DNA from: Camelus dromedarius
Taxonomy: Eukaryota
DNA: 64,000 bases
Direction: 5' to 3'
Assembly (NCBI RefSeq): GCF_036321535.1
Contig: NC_087437.1
Coordinates: 12,216,001-12,280,000, forward strand
Shown piece after piece: positions 40,403 through 53,649 of this stretch (within the stretch, counting starts at the first letter, position 1; the number at the start of each line of letters is the position of its first letter). Below the pieces are notes generated by a model. That model was not told the origin of the DNA, searched no databases, and saw only the letters and a program-made list of their open reading frames with translations. The position numbers were made by a program, and so were the translations under genes.

Positions 40403-40869
40403 GTGGTATGTAAGCTCCATTTTCCTCTATAGCAGAGCGCATGATGGTCAAGAGACATTAACACTCTATATAGTGATGTAAGCCTTCTGAATGAGCCAGC
40501 AAGGAAAGCCCTTTTCTGACAGATTTTAAAAGCACAATGGATAGAATTGTTTGTGCTTTTTAAATCCTTCCATCATTTTAAAAGGAAATATAATTGTCGA
40601 CTAACATGGCAGCTACTTTACAAAAATAGTTTTTAAATGCTCTTACAAGTGATAACCTTGATGTGTTGCAAAAATCACTGGGTCAGTAGATCCCAGTGAA
40701 CCAGTGAGAGATGGCTCCTCCAAGGTTTTCCTGGCTCTCTGTACTGGACCTTCTTTTAGTCTGACTTACAAGGACCATTCCTGTAATAGTTACTGGGTTA
40801 TCACTAATTACTAAGTAATACTTGTGGCTGTTCTTTAATGGAAGCAGCTGGTACCAGTTCAGACCCTGC

Positions 40870-41050
40870 TTCAGAACTTCCTGCATTTGTGAACTTGAGC
40901 ATAGTGTCTGATATCTCTGTGCCTCGGTTTCTTCATGTGTAAAGTAGGGATAATAATTCATTGTTCTCAGCATTATGAAAAGATTGAGCTAAATTATTAT
41001 GTGAAAAAATGTCAATCACAGATTCTTTAACCTGGTAAGTAGTTACTAAG
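40870..41050 (+). mobile_element. MIR fragment
   Basis: tgtgaacttgagca...atctctgtgcctcggtttcttcatgtgtaaagtagggataataa...gattgagctaa. Confidence 0.7.
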
Positions 41051-43497
41051 TACCCCTTTCCCTTTTTAAAGCTATAGCTTTGATGTCTGCCCTTGTACAA
41101 TTCAGCCTCTGAAAGTAAGGGCCTGGGGGAGTCTTCCTTTTCCATTTTATCTCCATCATTGTAGCTCACTTTAAACATTCCTCTCTGTGTCTGGTCTCTC
41201 TTGACAGTCACTGAGCAGTAGAAAGACACAAGATGGGAGTAAAGAATTAGTTTTATTCTGATACACTATGGAAACGGACTGAAAACCACCTAGCTATGTG
41301 GCCATCCTCTTACGTTTCTCTGAACTTCATCCAGAAATAACTCCCTGAGCAAGGAAGAAAAATTAATTACCACCTGTGCACATTTGGAAAGGGAGATGGG
41401 GATGTGGGGAGAATGATTTAGTCTGTAGGAAATATACATTGTGGTGTTATGGTGCATCTTCAATCAGGAATGAGTTCTAAAATCCATGAAAAATGCCTCT
41501 GTTGACATTTGAGTATTGTCAGAAGTAGCCTTGAAAATCAAATCACCCACATAGAGGACCCTTCACGTGTGGTTTGGCATCAACAGCTCTGTGCAGTAAT
41601 GATGTCTATGAACCTATAATCTCTAGAATAATATATAGTATATAACAAAGGGCATATGTGCCAACTACAGTTTTATCAGGAAATGTGACTGTGGACAAGT
41701 GACTTCTCCATGTCCTTTGGTTACCTGCTTAAGTGAGGTGATGCTCGTACCCCACGAGGACTGCCTGGGAGAAAGGCCAGCTGGAGACCCTCCCATCTGA
41801 GCCCCCTTTCACGTTGCTGCTGGAACACAAACTCAGAAAGAGGGGAGACAGTCGCCGTCTAGAATCTCAGGTGATTGTTCCTGACTCCCACTTGCCTCCC
41901 ACGTCCACAGTCCATATAGTTTGTGCATGAGTGAAGGCACGTACAATGCAATATTTCTCTCTCTTTCCAATGAAGGAAGTCTCCACTTGTGAAGATCATC
42001 CTTTGCCTACAATTCTGTCACACACCTCAAAAGAGTGGGTCAGAAAAAGAATGCTGTTTATAACGTTAACGTGATTTTAACAACATTGCCCATGTCCATG
42101 AACATCAGGACCATTTGCAAAGGATCTTAAACTTTAGACCTGAGAAACCAAATGCACGGCACAGTAAAACAGAGGTTAGTTCATCCAACAGACAGAAGGG
42201 CAAGTTTGGAACAGGTTTGTGAAAGAAGAGGAGCCTCCCCGCTGGGGGGAGAACAGCTCATGTGTGCAGCACTGCTTTCTAACACCGATTCCTGGGGCCC
42301 CTTTGTGAGAGATTGAGCTGGGTTGGGGCGGGGAGCTTCCTTAGGCTTGTGATCACGCTGCTCAGGCCAGTGGAAAAGGCCAGTTCTTTGGTTTCTGCTG
42401 CTTTAGAGAGGGGCTCATGTACAGACTCTTGGACACTCAGAAGGACACATGCAAATAAACCATGCCTATCCTGAGTGATGGTAAACCCCTGACAAGTAGT
42501 TTCTTCCTTTACCCTCTGGAGAAATCCAGTCCAGTTTTCTTGCACATGCACGAAGTGTACGACGACTATTGAGAGATCGGTCACAGATCCAAAACATTAG
42601 TGCGCTAGCTGTGCTTTCAAAATGATCTTTTTAAACAGAATTCCACTAGACAGCAAAGAACTTTTCTGACATTCAAGAGCATAGAACAGTGTGTTGCAGA
42701 AGTAATCAGAGATGCTTAAAGAATCAAGCCTTCTAGTAATTTGAGTCACACCAGCCACAGGACCCCAGTGGTGGCTCTCTCTAAGAAAGATATCCATACA
42801 GCTGTTTACATTGGAATAGGATTGTACAAATTCAAATCTACTATCCAAAAGGAATGTCCTTTTTTGTTCCCCAAAAGGCAAGTGCGTGGTGTAAATTGGT
42901 TGAGAGACTGATCTCCGTAATATTTTTCCTTTTACAGATAGTAGGCGATTGGCCCGGAGGCTTGGTGTATATACTCAGATCTCTTTTGACTAGATTGGCC
43001 TGGAAAAACCATTTTGTGTTTTCTCTTTTATGGAGATACAGCTGGTCACATCACCCAGTTTGCCCTGTGGCTTCCAATTTGGCAGACACCAAATGCAGGT
43101 GCTGCATTTCTGAAGCACAGATTTGGTTGGAGGGGGGGAGAATGGCAAATTCTGGAAATGTTTCAAGTTACAGTTTGAGGGAGGAATTTTGTCCTGCACG
43201 ATTATTTTGTTTTGATCAGTTTTCTTGACATTTTCGTACAGCCAATGGTAAGGATACCTTTAACAGCTAGCCAGCTTTGGAAATTTCTTTCTGCCTTTTT
43301 CTTTGATCATTCACAGAAGAGAAAGCCCCCTTGTGCCAGGCAGAGAAGGGTAAGAAGCTGTTTCACTTCACCAAAAAGAAATGGTCCAACATCTTGTAAT
43401 ACTTTTCCTTTAAGAGCCTCATTTCTTTTTTCTGCAGCTGCTTTCATCTCTTTGATACATAAGGGTACACCAAGTTGAATCTATAAACAGAACCCAC

Positions 43498-43690
43498 TAA
43501 TTAAGAGTAATTGCTTCGGAGATTGGTCCAGACGATTCAGCATTATATGCGTGTTCTTCTCAGATATCCATTAGCTGCTAATAAGATACTACAGATGTGC
43601 CAGTCTGTTTCCTGTTTCCGTCTATTGTACCTTGATTGCCGTATATGGACCAATCGGATGGGCGGAACAATAAGTGGATGTCCTTTTGCT
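43498..43690. other. Candidate ancient Eulor/Crypton-like conserved element with hairpin
   Basis: Begins TAATTAAG; inverted 10-mers GATTGGTCCA/TGGACCAATC; central ATTAGC-T-GCTAAT palindrome; seven CpGs in ~180 bp. Confidence 0.4.
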
Positions 43691-45949
43691 CTCTGAGCAT
43701 GTCTCAAAGGAATGTTTGTTATTAGATTGCTTTTTCTGTTTAGTTTCACATCAGTATGTTAATACAGAAAACACAACAGTGAGAAAGTTTTCTGTGGCTT
43801 TTCTTTTCTTCACTTCTGCAGCCTAACTGGTTTCGCGTTTCCTGAAATGCCTTTGTGCAGATTTTTTTAAAGCACGTCGTGCAAATATGCCTGGGCGATG
43901 TGAGCTGAGGAAAGTGACATTCTCCCTCCTGCTCCCTTGAAAAGAAGTTTCCATCTAAATGTTTTTAAGTACTTAGAAATTCAGCATGAATATCATGTTG
44001 CTATATTTGACTGATCTACGCTTGAGACTTGGTAAAAAGCCTATGAATTATTCATTCCTGAGTGATTCTATAAGCCAGAACACCAGAAATCACATTCCTT
44101 GTTGGAGTCTATAAAGTGGAATAGCTTAAATGCTCTCCAGACATGGGGATATCTATAGAGTTGGTTTTCCCTCTGATTTTGGATTGCTGTGCTTTCAACT
44201 CACCCGTCTTTTTGTTTTAGGATAATTTAGCTAAAGATCTTACCCTTCTCTGCAGCAAACCTGGTTAGTGTGTTTCTAAGTTGTTCCAAAATATTGTGTT
44301 ATGAGTCAATTAGTAAACGGTACCTTTTGTTCCTCTTGCGGCCAAAGATATTTCATTTCATCATTGCAAGGATGAAACAACTAAGGGGAAAATAATTACT
44401 GGCTTTTTATTTATATGGACTAAAAGTGAGAAGAAGTAAACTACAATTTATTGGACAGAATTAACTACTATACCTAGGGAAGGCAATAAATATATTAGTC
44501 CACGAAACTGTATGCACAATTTTCATTTTGTACCTGGTACGTTAAAACTACTTGCAATGTTAAAAGATTCTACATAGTCCCTATATTCTGGAGTCCATGG
44601 ATTTGAGTCTTGGCAGCTAACTTTTTATGGGAATATGTTAAATTCATTTCAAAATCTTACTTAGGGCTGTAATGCTTTGACCTACATGCTTATGATAATT
44701 CATAAACTAACCAAGGTCAGATGGGTTCCCTAGCTGGGTAACACTTCCCAAGCAAGAGTCTCTGAAAATATGTGGGCAAACTGACTGAGGCAAGAGGAAG
44801 GGTGGAATTCCTCAGGGGAGAGTACAGAGGAGTTGTCAATCTATTGATGGGTATCATTCATTGCTGCCTCCTTGGAATTCTTCGTGGCTTGTTCTGCACT
44901 CATAATCCGAACCATCCAAGTGATAGACCCAGGTGGGTGTGTATGTGAGTGCCCAGTGGAGGAGAGAATCCTGCATAATCCTTCACCAGGAAGGATGCTC
45001 AACAGCGAGGCACACACAGAGGCACAGAGAAGTGTTTTGTTTTGTGCACACCATTCCCAGACCCTTAATGAGAAATTTCTAAGTCAGATTAGTCATCAAA
45101 ATATCACTAATAAACGGTCTGACAAAATGGGGCTCAAAATTTCATTCCCTACTAAGAACACACAGAGATGATTTCTTCATTGAGTTATTAGTGTAAAGTA
45201 CCCAGACTCAAGTCCATTTGTACAGCTTCTGCCATGATCAAAGGACTGGTCAGACGGCAGCAGCTCAGTGAGGCTGCGGTTGGAAAGTCAGGTCTGGAGT
45301 TTCTGTGGGCTTTGGGCTAATACAAAACAGTACTGAGAATATACATATAGTTATAACTAAGCATAATGGGGATGTCTTCTAACTTGTTTTGATAAATGTA
45401 GTTGTTAAGAAGCTTCTACTTTTCAACTCTCAAGTAAGCATATATTAAGTACCCACTACAGTCTGGGCACAGGTCTGGGCACTGAGAAGACATCAAAGGA
45501 CCTGCTGGAAAGAATTCCTCTCCCCAGGGAGCTTGGGGTCCAGCGGAAGAGTCAGCAAACTCCAGTTTTCTTTATCTGCTTCAAACATTTTGTTGGATTC
45601 AGAAATGCGTAGACTGATTGGGGGGTTAGAGGGAAGAAATTGTTTTAATAGAAATAAAAATACATACTTAAGTTAAATGGGAAGCTACCTTTAGAAGAAG
45701 CAAAATGTCAAATCTGAACTAATTAATAATATCGTCTTTCTCCTGGCGATTCGCTGTGGAATATTTGCCCAAAAGGAAAGCTCGCATCACAGCAGTTGGT
45801 TAAGTTGTTTTGAGGAGGCAGCTCTGTTCATGAGAAAGATGAAGGATAATTCAGATACTGGAGGAATTTAGGAAGAGAAAGTCATGATTTGGACTTGATG
45901 ACCCCAGGTTGTTTGTCTGCTTCATCTGAATTATGAAAACCTCTCCCGA

Positions 45950-46115
45950 ACCAGGATTGGGATGGGGCAATTAGGGTGCTTACCTCAGGCACATAGTCTA
46001 AGGGGCACCAGAAAACTCAGCAATCAAGCTAGTATTTCGATGCAAAATTTTTCTTTAAAAAAATCAAAATTGGTGCAAAAATCCACATTGAAAAAAATAC
46101 CAAAAATTGAATAGG
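45950..46115. mobile_element. hAT-Tip100-type DNA transposon fragment
   Basis: cctcaggcac...taaggggcaccagaaaactcagcaatcaag...aaaaatcaaaattggtgcaaaaatcca; family assignment from memory. Confidence 0.45.
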
Positions 46116-46689
46116 ACCAGCTCCATATTGTCATCCACTGTTCACTTTGACTTTGCCCCTTTGCCCACCCTGCTTGAAACTCCCAAAACGTTTGGTCCGT
46201 TGTTCATCACCAAGCAGGTTTTATTGTGTGTTCTGGTCATTTGCATGAGTGTCACATCAACCACATGGATAACATCTTGCTGTTAGGGACAAGGCTGTGT
46301 CTGTTTTGATATTTCTCATTTTACCCAGTGTTGAACCTTATATGTAGCAGTTACTCACCAAGTGCTTACAAATAAAAGAATTGGGAAAATTAGAACCCAG
46401 AACCTGGTGACATTTACTAAACCTTTTGAAGACGGTGTCTCTAAAAAGATACAGAAAGGAATGTAGAGGATCCACACTACATGAGAGCCTTTTGCATTGG
46501 AGGGTTTGTCTTTGTATACACCTTTCACTTTTACAGTATTCATTCTGAATTACTCTGCTCTGTGGTCATGCTGATTTTTAAGGAGTCAGCCATGTTGGGG
46601 TACACAAATAGAGATTTTTTTTTTTCCATTTTCTGTAAGAGTTTGACTTAACATCAATTTGTGCTCATGAACATCTCAGCTAGTGTGCA

Positions 46690-47480
46690 CCACAGTCACT
46701 TCAAATCAACTCATCCAAAAGTTCTCTCCTCCTCCTTGAAACCTATTGCTCCTTCTCTGTCCCCATCTTGATGAAGGGCACTATCTTTTGTTTCATTTCT
46801 AAGACCAGAATTCTGAAGTGAACCTTGTTTCTTTACTCTCCTTTAATCCCCTAGGTCCAATCCAAGTCTTACTCTATCTATGCTGCCACATTAATACCTT
46901 TGGATTTAACACGGCCATGGACCACATCTCAGGCCCTCACAGGGTGACCAATGCCACCGTCTCTTGACCAGCTGTCCAGCCTCCAGTCTTTGCCACCAAC
47001 CCATTCTCCTCCACACAGCTGCCAAGGTGGCCTTTGTACAATGCAAGTCTGGTAACATCATTCTTCTTCTTCAAACCTACTAATGATTCACTGGCCACTC
47101 CCTTTAGAACAGTCTGGTCTCCATGACAGTGAGTCCAGGGCCTTCTCCACCTAGTTCCTCCCGCTCACCTGGCACCATGTCCTGGCTGATACCTGGTATT
47201 TTCCCTCTTCTGTGTAGAAGGCCCTTCCTCCAGTTCAGTTGTCAGCCTTCCCCCACCAGTCCTTGGTTGTTTTCGGTGCCCACCTCTGTGCTCTCATAAT
47301 GTGAGGCATATACCTCTGTCAGAGCATGGAGCAAACCCTCCTGGGTTGTCTTTTCCCCAGCTAGGCTGTGAACTACTTTGGGGGTATGTGTGGCATGAGT
47401 GTGCCTTTTATTTTCTTATCCCAGTGTCCAGTGTAGGACCCATCACAGAGCAGTCATTCATGGAACTTGCCCAGTTCATC
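46690..47480 (+). mobile_element. L2 3' fragment
   Basis: tcaaatcaactcatccaaaa...ccccatcttgatgaagggcac...cctccacacagctgccaaggtg...ctaggctgtgaactac. Confidence 0.7.
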
Positions 47481-49789
47481 TGACTACTTGTTAAATTAGA
47501 CCATTGTCCCATACACCCCCCTCTACCCAGTCTCATTGCCATCCTCTAGTGTAAATCTGCATCACTCTGTTCTCTCTATGCATGTTTTATATCCCATCTA
47601 AACTACTGCTGCTCTCCAAATATAGCTGTTACCCCTCATCTCTATCCATTGAATGCCTTTTTGTATCTTTCGACGTTCATCTTCTGTGGTCTCTGCTCCA
47701 TTGGGTCTTTTCTGCTTTCCTACTCATGAAAGTAACCCCTCCCTTCTTTGACCAGTTTCTTCCCTCCCACCCTTTCCCACCCCTACTCCTACCCCCAACA
47801 CCCCCCAACACATGCTTAATTTGCATTATATTTCTATAATTCATTTAGCCGTCACTATTCCCTTGTTAGATTGTGGGCAGGGACTGTTCCTCCCTCACTC
47901 TGTTCCCCCACGGGTCTAGCTCAGTGCATTGGTCATAGAAGGGGCTCAGAATTGAATTGGAACTGAACGGAATTGAATAAACTAGCCATTTATGAAATAA
48001 TTTGCTTCCGAGTTGCCAGAATTAAATGGCCGCTCCAATGGCAATATCACTCTAACTCACTAATATCATTTGATCCACTGAGGAGCTAGTTAATTAAGTA
48101 GGTGGATTAAAAATATAATCTGCTAGAGGAAGACTGTTTTGGCAGGGGCTCCTAGGCTTTTTTTTTTTGGTGGGGGGGAAAGCATTATGATCTCTCAGCT
48201 ATAATTTCTCTTGTTTTCCACCCCAAATAGCAATAGGACTCTGCACATGACTGTTGATGCCTGGCTTAGGAATACAAGGCCGTACACCTGTGTGCCAGAT
48301 GTGCTGGACGGGCTGTGTGCTGCCCCAGCCCATCTGCAAAGCATGCCCCATGCTGGCTCCTTTCTATAGGAAAGGGGGCGCGGGCCCTCCGGCTTTTTAC
48401 ATGATCGGTTCCCTGGTGCTTGCCTGTTTTCCTTAACTTAAAACCCCCTTCATTGAATTTCAATGTCTTGGCTGACCTTTGCCAACACAGGAGGCCTTAG
48501 TCCATTTGCTTATCAGTGAGTCTGCTTTTTCCACTGAGTGTTTGCTTTTTGCTTGGTGCTTTTTGTTTTTTTCTTGACTTGTGTCACCACTTGTGAGAAT
48601 GCTGTTTGTTCTTCTGTAGCCAGACCAGCCACATGAGCATCCATCGTAGTGAATAGCCGATCAGATCCTCAGGCTTTCCGTGCAGTGCCTGAAGAGCATC
48701 ATATGATATTGAATGTAGCTGTAGCTTGAATGAATGGGATTCAGTAACGAATGGGTCCGCATTGATGGGCACTGGAGACAGGAGAGCTTTGTGATCGTCT
48801 TTGTTTCTGTAAGAATGCCTCTGCGCCCGAATCCGGCCCATTTCTATGCCAATGTGCTAATAGTTGTGGAATCTCATTCATCTCAACAGAGGCCAGTTAG
48901 CCCTGGAATCCCATCTGTTTGAGTGGATGCCGTAAAATGTCATGGAAATGTGGCCATTCATTCACAGCAGCAGTGAGAGCTTTCTCGCTGTTCATCTTCC
49001 TTCATTTTAAGTGACTCCCTCCAATTACACAGATTCTTACAGCAATTGGGGAAAAAAAAGGCATTTGGAGTTTTGACTTAATTTTTCATTTTGATTTTTA
49101 AGTGCTTGTCCACAAAGAGAGAATTAAACAGTTGTAAAAAATACACACAGAGTCTAAATGGAGATGCTCTCATCCCTGCAACAGATTCAGAAAAATGCCT
49201 GAGCCAGATTTTTCTAGCCCTTCTTAGCATAAGATGCCCAAGGCTGTGTTTTGGCCTAGAGGAATTTTTAGGCTGAATTTTTTTTATTTTTTTCCTCCTG
49301 AAAATAGAGTTTAAGCAATAGAAAAACAGGATAAGTCTTAATGCGAGCAGGAGTAAAAGAGATGCTGTCTCCCACAGATTGCTGCAGTGACACAATAGTT
49401 AAGAATGTGGCAGGTCTTCCAGCTAAACCCCTGACCCGCTGGCTGGCAGAAATGCTGCAGCCGGTCTGTCTACGGACTGTCGCAGGGGCTTGTAAAATCA
49501 GTCAGTAGGAAATAATGACCATTTTCGTACATTTGTCGTTTCCTTAAGAAGTTCCCTAAATTGACTTTTATGTCAAGAAATTTGACTTTAAAAAAAGAAC
49601 GTGTGTGCATGTGTATTTAAACATACATCTGATATAAGCAGATGCTCTGGATAAATAATCTAGAAGAAAAAAGTATTTGCTAAAAATAAATATGAAGAAA
49701 AAAGTGTTTTGTTCTGTTCGGGCTTAATCAATCGATCAAATAGGCTTCAAGTTAATGGGTATTTTCATGGGCTCAACAATATTAAGAAT

Positions 49790-49930
49790 TACTAGTGCTT
49801 CCGAGGTGCAGGCACAGTTGTAAGGGCTCTACTTACATTTAACTTGTCACAAATGTGTGAGCTAAGTACTGTTACCATCCTCATTTTATAAACCAGGAAA
49901 CTGAGGCTTAGTGACCTTTAAGACTTCACC
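49790..49930 (-). mobile_element. MIR fragment
   Basis: caggcacagttgtaagggctct...tactgttaccatcctcattttataaaccaggaaactgaggcttag. Confidence 0.75.
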
Positions 49931-49939
49931 CTTTGCCTC

Positions 49940-50437
49940 TGTCGACTGAAATAAATGCACAGCCTAAAAGTTGAGCGTTATGCTTTATTTGGCGGACATT
50001 TCTGAGGACTCGATCCCCTTGGAGCCCAGGATGACAGCCTCTCAGATGGCTCTGAGGGACTGCTCCGAAGAGGTAGGGGAGGAGCTAGGGTATATAGGAG
50101 CTTTACAACAAAGACCAGGTAGTTGGAACATTAAAGGATTCCTTGTTAACTAAAGAAAACCAGGCATCTCAAGTTAAAGAATTTAGTGCTTTTCTATGTA
50201 TGGGAGGAAGCAAACATTTGGGCTCTTTGAATTCATTCCTTTGACAAGCACCTACCTATCTAGGGCCAGTATCCTGTCCTTTCTTATTCTGAGTCCCCTC
50301 AGGGTGCACCACTGTGAGTGGCTGCAGAGGCCGGGCTGCAGGCTTGTCTTCACTGGGGGGTGGCTGCAGCCGCTGCTGACTTGATGGCTTCAGCATTGTT
50401 TGTTTACTGATATGGTTTGCAGTATTTTTCGTTCACA
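49940..50437 (-). mobile_element. ERV1-class solo LTR (same family as 18095-18587)
   Basis: TG...CA termini, perfect TSD CCTC (49936-49939/50438-50441), minus-strand AATAAA and TATA. Confidence 0.9.
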
Positions 50438-51594
50438 CCTCTAACATCAGCTTTATTTTCATTTGTTTCCTAGAATAAGGTTCACTTGCATATTTGCAAG
50501 ATTTGAATTCACAAAGCAGTGAACCTACCTGTTTTCATCAAACAATGCAGCAGACTCTTGTTTATCCAGAATGTCTCTAATTTGGCACATTCTGAATTAA
50601 AAACTTTTCCAAAATGTGACTGTCTTGACTTGGAAAGAATGTAACAGTTGATAAGTGATATTTTAACAGAATATGAAAGTACATAATATTTGTATAACTG
50701 AAGTTAAAGGCTTTAAATTTATGTTATGATATTTGGGTAACTGAAGTTAAACACTTTAAATTTAATTTTCTCCCTAAACATATAAACAACTAAGAAACAT
50801 TACAGCTCATACATCACCAAACTAGCAAGATAATATTATTATATTTTCTTACAAACCTCCCTTCTCCTAACTTTATCCTGGGGACGAGGCCACCATAATT
50901 TCACCTGGGAGCGCACACCATCAATTTGTACCACACATAAAGCCAAATAAATCATGCTTTGATTGTTAGAATGCTGTGATTATTAAAATAGTAATAATTT
51001 TTAAATATCCTTTTATGATGATCCCATGGCTTGAATTCTTACTATGTTACAATCTCTAATAAACTCTCATATGTATTCAGATGAGGGTGATAGGTTTCAA
51101 AGGTGTTCCTTGGAGAAGCTGTGGACCTACTTGAACAGTGCTATTGACGATCAAAGTGTCTGGAATTCTTCTTCTTTTTAATTGCCTTTGTATTGAGCAT
51201 TAGTTTACTTAAGAAGGTGTCCACTTTTCATTCTTGGGATAGATTTGTTTAAAAAATGTAATTTCAGATTAGATCTTTAGCTTTTTAAACTTACATAGTT
51301 ATCAAAGGAATAAAGCCAACTACAAAATAAGAATCTGTTCTTAGACACAATAATTAGTACCTATATGTAAACTAAAAAATATGTGCAGTATACTGTATAT
51401 ATGTATTTACATGCAATATAATGTGTATGTGCCATTAGACTGTAATAATTACACATAGTAAAACCGAAAAAGGAGAAAACAATATATAATTTCAGAAGAA
51501 AGTCTAGTCAATAGGGACAGGGAAGATTTGGAAATAAAAATGGAAGTGTAAATATAAAGTCATGAAGTAATTATTTTTATATAATCAGTGACTT

Positions 51595-52007
51595 TGTAAG
51601 CCAGTCTAGCTATCACGTACACTTCCAAATGTCAGTGCCTTAATACAATGCCAGTGTACCTCTTACTAATGTCACAACCCAGTGCAGGTCAATAGGTCGG
51701 CTCCACACAGCCATTCAGGGACCCAGGCTCCTGCCGCGTGGCCGCTCTGCTATCTCCTAGGTTGTCAGTGTTCTTACTGGACCTTCTGCATCCAGCCAGC
51801 AATTGAGAGGAAAAAGAGAACGTGAAGGAGGTTTGGGAACCAGGCCCAGAGGTGGCACACATCACACCCACCCCCACTGCATAGGCCAGAGCTCAGTCTC
51901 ATGCCCTCACTGAGTGGCAGGGGGTGATAGGGAATAGTGTCTGGTTGTGTGACTAGAAGGAGAAAGAAATGGGATTTGGCAAGAACATAGCAGCGTCTCT
52001 GCCGCAT
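51595..52007 (-). mobile_element. MLT1J-like MaLR LTR
   Basis: ctccacacagccattcagggacccaggctcc...ccaggcccagaggtggcacacatcac...ggccagagctcagtc...gtctctgccgca. Confidence 0.75.
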
Positions 52008-52592
52008 TACCTCTAGTGGTGTTCGCCCCTCAAAAGGTGTTCCAAAAATGTCTGAAATAATAGCAGCATAATTTGAATAAGTTGCTGAATTACTTATTAT
52101 GACTGCCTTGAAGGAAAAGTGCCACTTGGAGGTACATTCTGGTAGACTTCTTACACTGGTTTTGCATTTTATCCACATGGTTCCATTCAGATGAGGTCAA
52201 CAAAGCAGTTTCAGGATCTGTTTGGTTTTCATCTGCCCACCATCACTTATGGGTTTTTCTGAGAAATGGATGGAGAGGCAGGGAGGGGATCCTGTAATGC
52301 GATTGGTGGCCATGCAACAAAACTGCCAACCTTAGGGAGAAGAAAGCCTTGGAATGACTTAGGAAGGAAATAAGCCATTCCCTCATGTGAGACCGAACTT
52401 CAGTGTTCAGGTGAGGTTAACTATTTCCTTCCTCTTCTAGGTAATATCTTTTTTCCCCCTCCCCAAAGAATAAAAGGAGGTATTTCAGACATGTCTTTAT
52501 TTGCAAGAAAGATGTTACCACTTTTTCTTTCTTCTGGTCCCAAGTCTCTTGAGAACCATAGATAAGGTAATTAAGAGAGTGATGGAAATTCT

Positions 52593-52730
52593 GGGAGGTA
52601 GGGAGGGTAGAGCTCAGTGGTAGAGCACATGCTTAGCACACATGAGGTCCTGGGTTCAGTCCCCAGTACCTCCATTAAAAATAAATAAACAAACAAACAA
52701 ACAAACCAAATTACTTATCCCCACTAAAAA
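52593..52730 (+). mobile_element. Vic-1-like SINE with 20-bp TSD
   Basis: Full head, (AAAC)n tail; TSD aagagagtgat(g/a)gaaattct at 52573-52592 and 52731-52750. Confidence 0.93.
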
Positions 52731-53062
52731 AAGAGAGTGATAGAAATTCTTAGTTAAAAATAGTAAATAAAACACTGAAATTTCCCCCTTTTGTTCCAGA
52801 CTCTCTCTATAGATAGACAGACACGCACATGTGTGTGTGAACCCTCTTACTCTTCCCTTTACTTGCCTCCATACTGTCCATTTAGATTAAATAGCTCTGT
52901 CATGTATGTCCAGACTCTGGCCATTTTCACGGATGCTCTGAGGCTGCAGATAAGTAAGTGACAGTGCACGATTTTTTACATGACGTGGCAGAAAGGTGAA
53001 ACAGTCAAATAAGCATTTTAAACAGGTGCCCAGGAGTGACTGTACACTCCCAACAAAGATAC

Positions 53063-53649
53063 TGTTGCCAGAAGATCAGCCCCCGTCCCTGCTTAGCCAA
53101 ATAACTCGGAGACAGGGTCTTAGAGCTTAGAAGAAAGAGACAGCTTTATTGCTTTGCGGGGCAAAGGGGGCTCACAGCAGGCTGGTGCCTTCAAAACTGT
53201 GAACCCACCTTGAAGAGGGGGTAGGGTGATTATGTAGCCATAGCTCAAACCAAAAAAACCCATCAATAACAATCAACAGAATCATTTTCTTCTCATAAGA
53301 CTCAGAGTGGCGTCACGGTGTCTCCAGGTGACTGAGTCTGTAGAGGCTAGTGGTTGTGGCTCTCTCTCTTTATCTTAAAAGCACCCAAGGCGTGGTCTTC
53401 TTGGTAATTTGCGCTATTCTGTAAGGTTACAGTTCTATGACCTTCTTCCTGGAGATCAACTCAGAGACCAAGCATAATTATTACTTTTGATTACTGGAAT
53501 AAAGCAAAAAATTAATAGCTTTATATTAACTATGGGCCTGGAGCTGTGAGTAGCAACCAGTCAGTCAGGTCAGTTGACTGTTTTAAGGGCGAGCATAAGA
53601 CTAAGCAATCTGTTAGCCTAAGTGTGGCCCCTTTATTAATCCTCCCTCA
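53063..53649 (-). mobile_element. ERV1-class solo LTR, copy A
   Basis: TGTTGCC...CCCTCA termini, near-TSD ATAC/AAAC, similar along its length to 54867-55450. Confidence 0.85.

Noticed and set aside
42854..43228. 124-aa ORF
   Set aside because: No recognisable homology, and it runs through a pyrimidine tract; not supportable as a CDS
50695..50765. Short direct repeat taactgaagttaaa...ctttaaattta, two copies
   Set aside because: Only two units; ordinary local duplication, not an array or CRISPR
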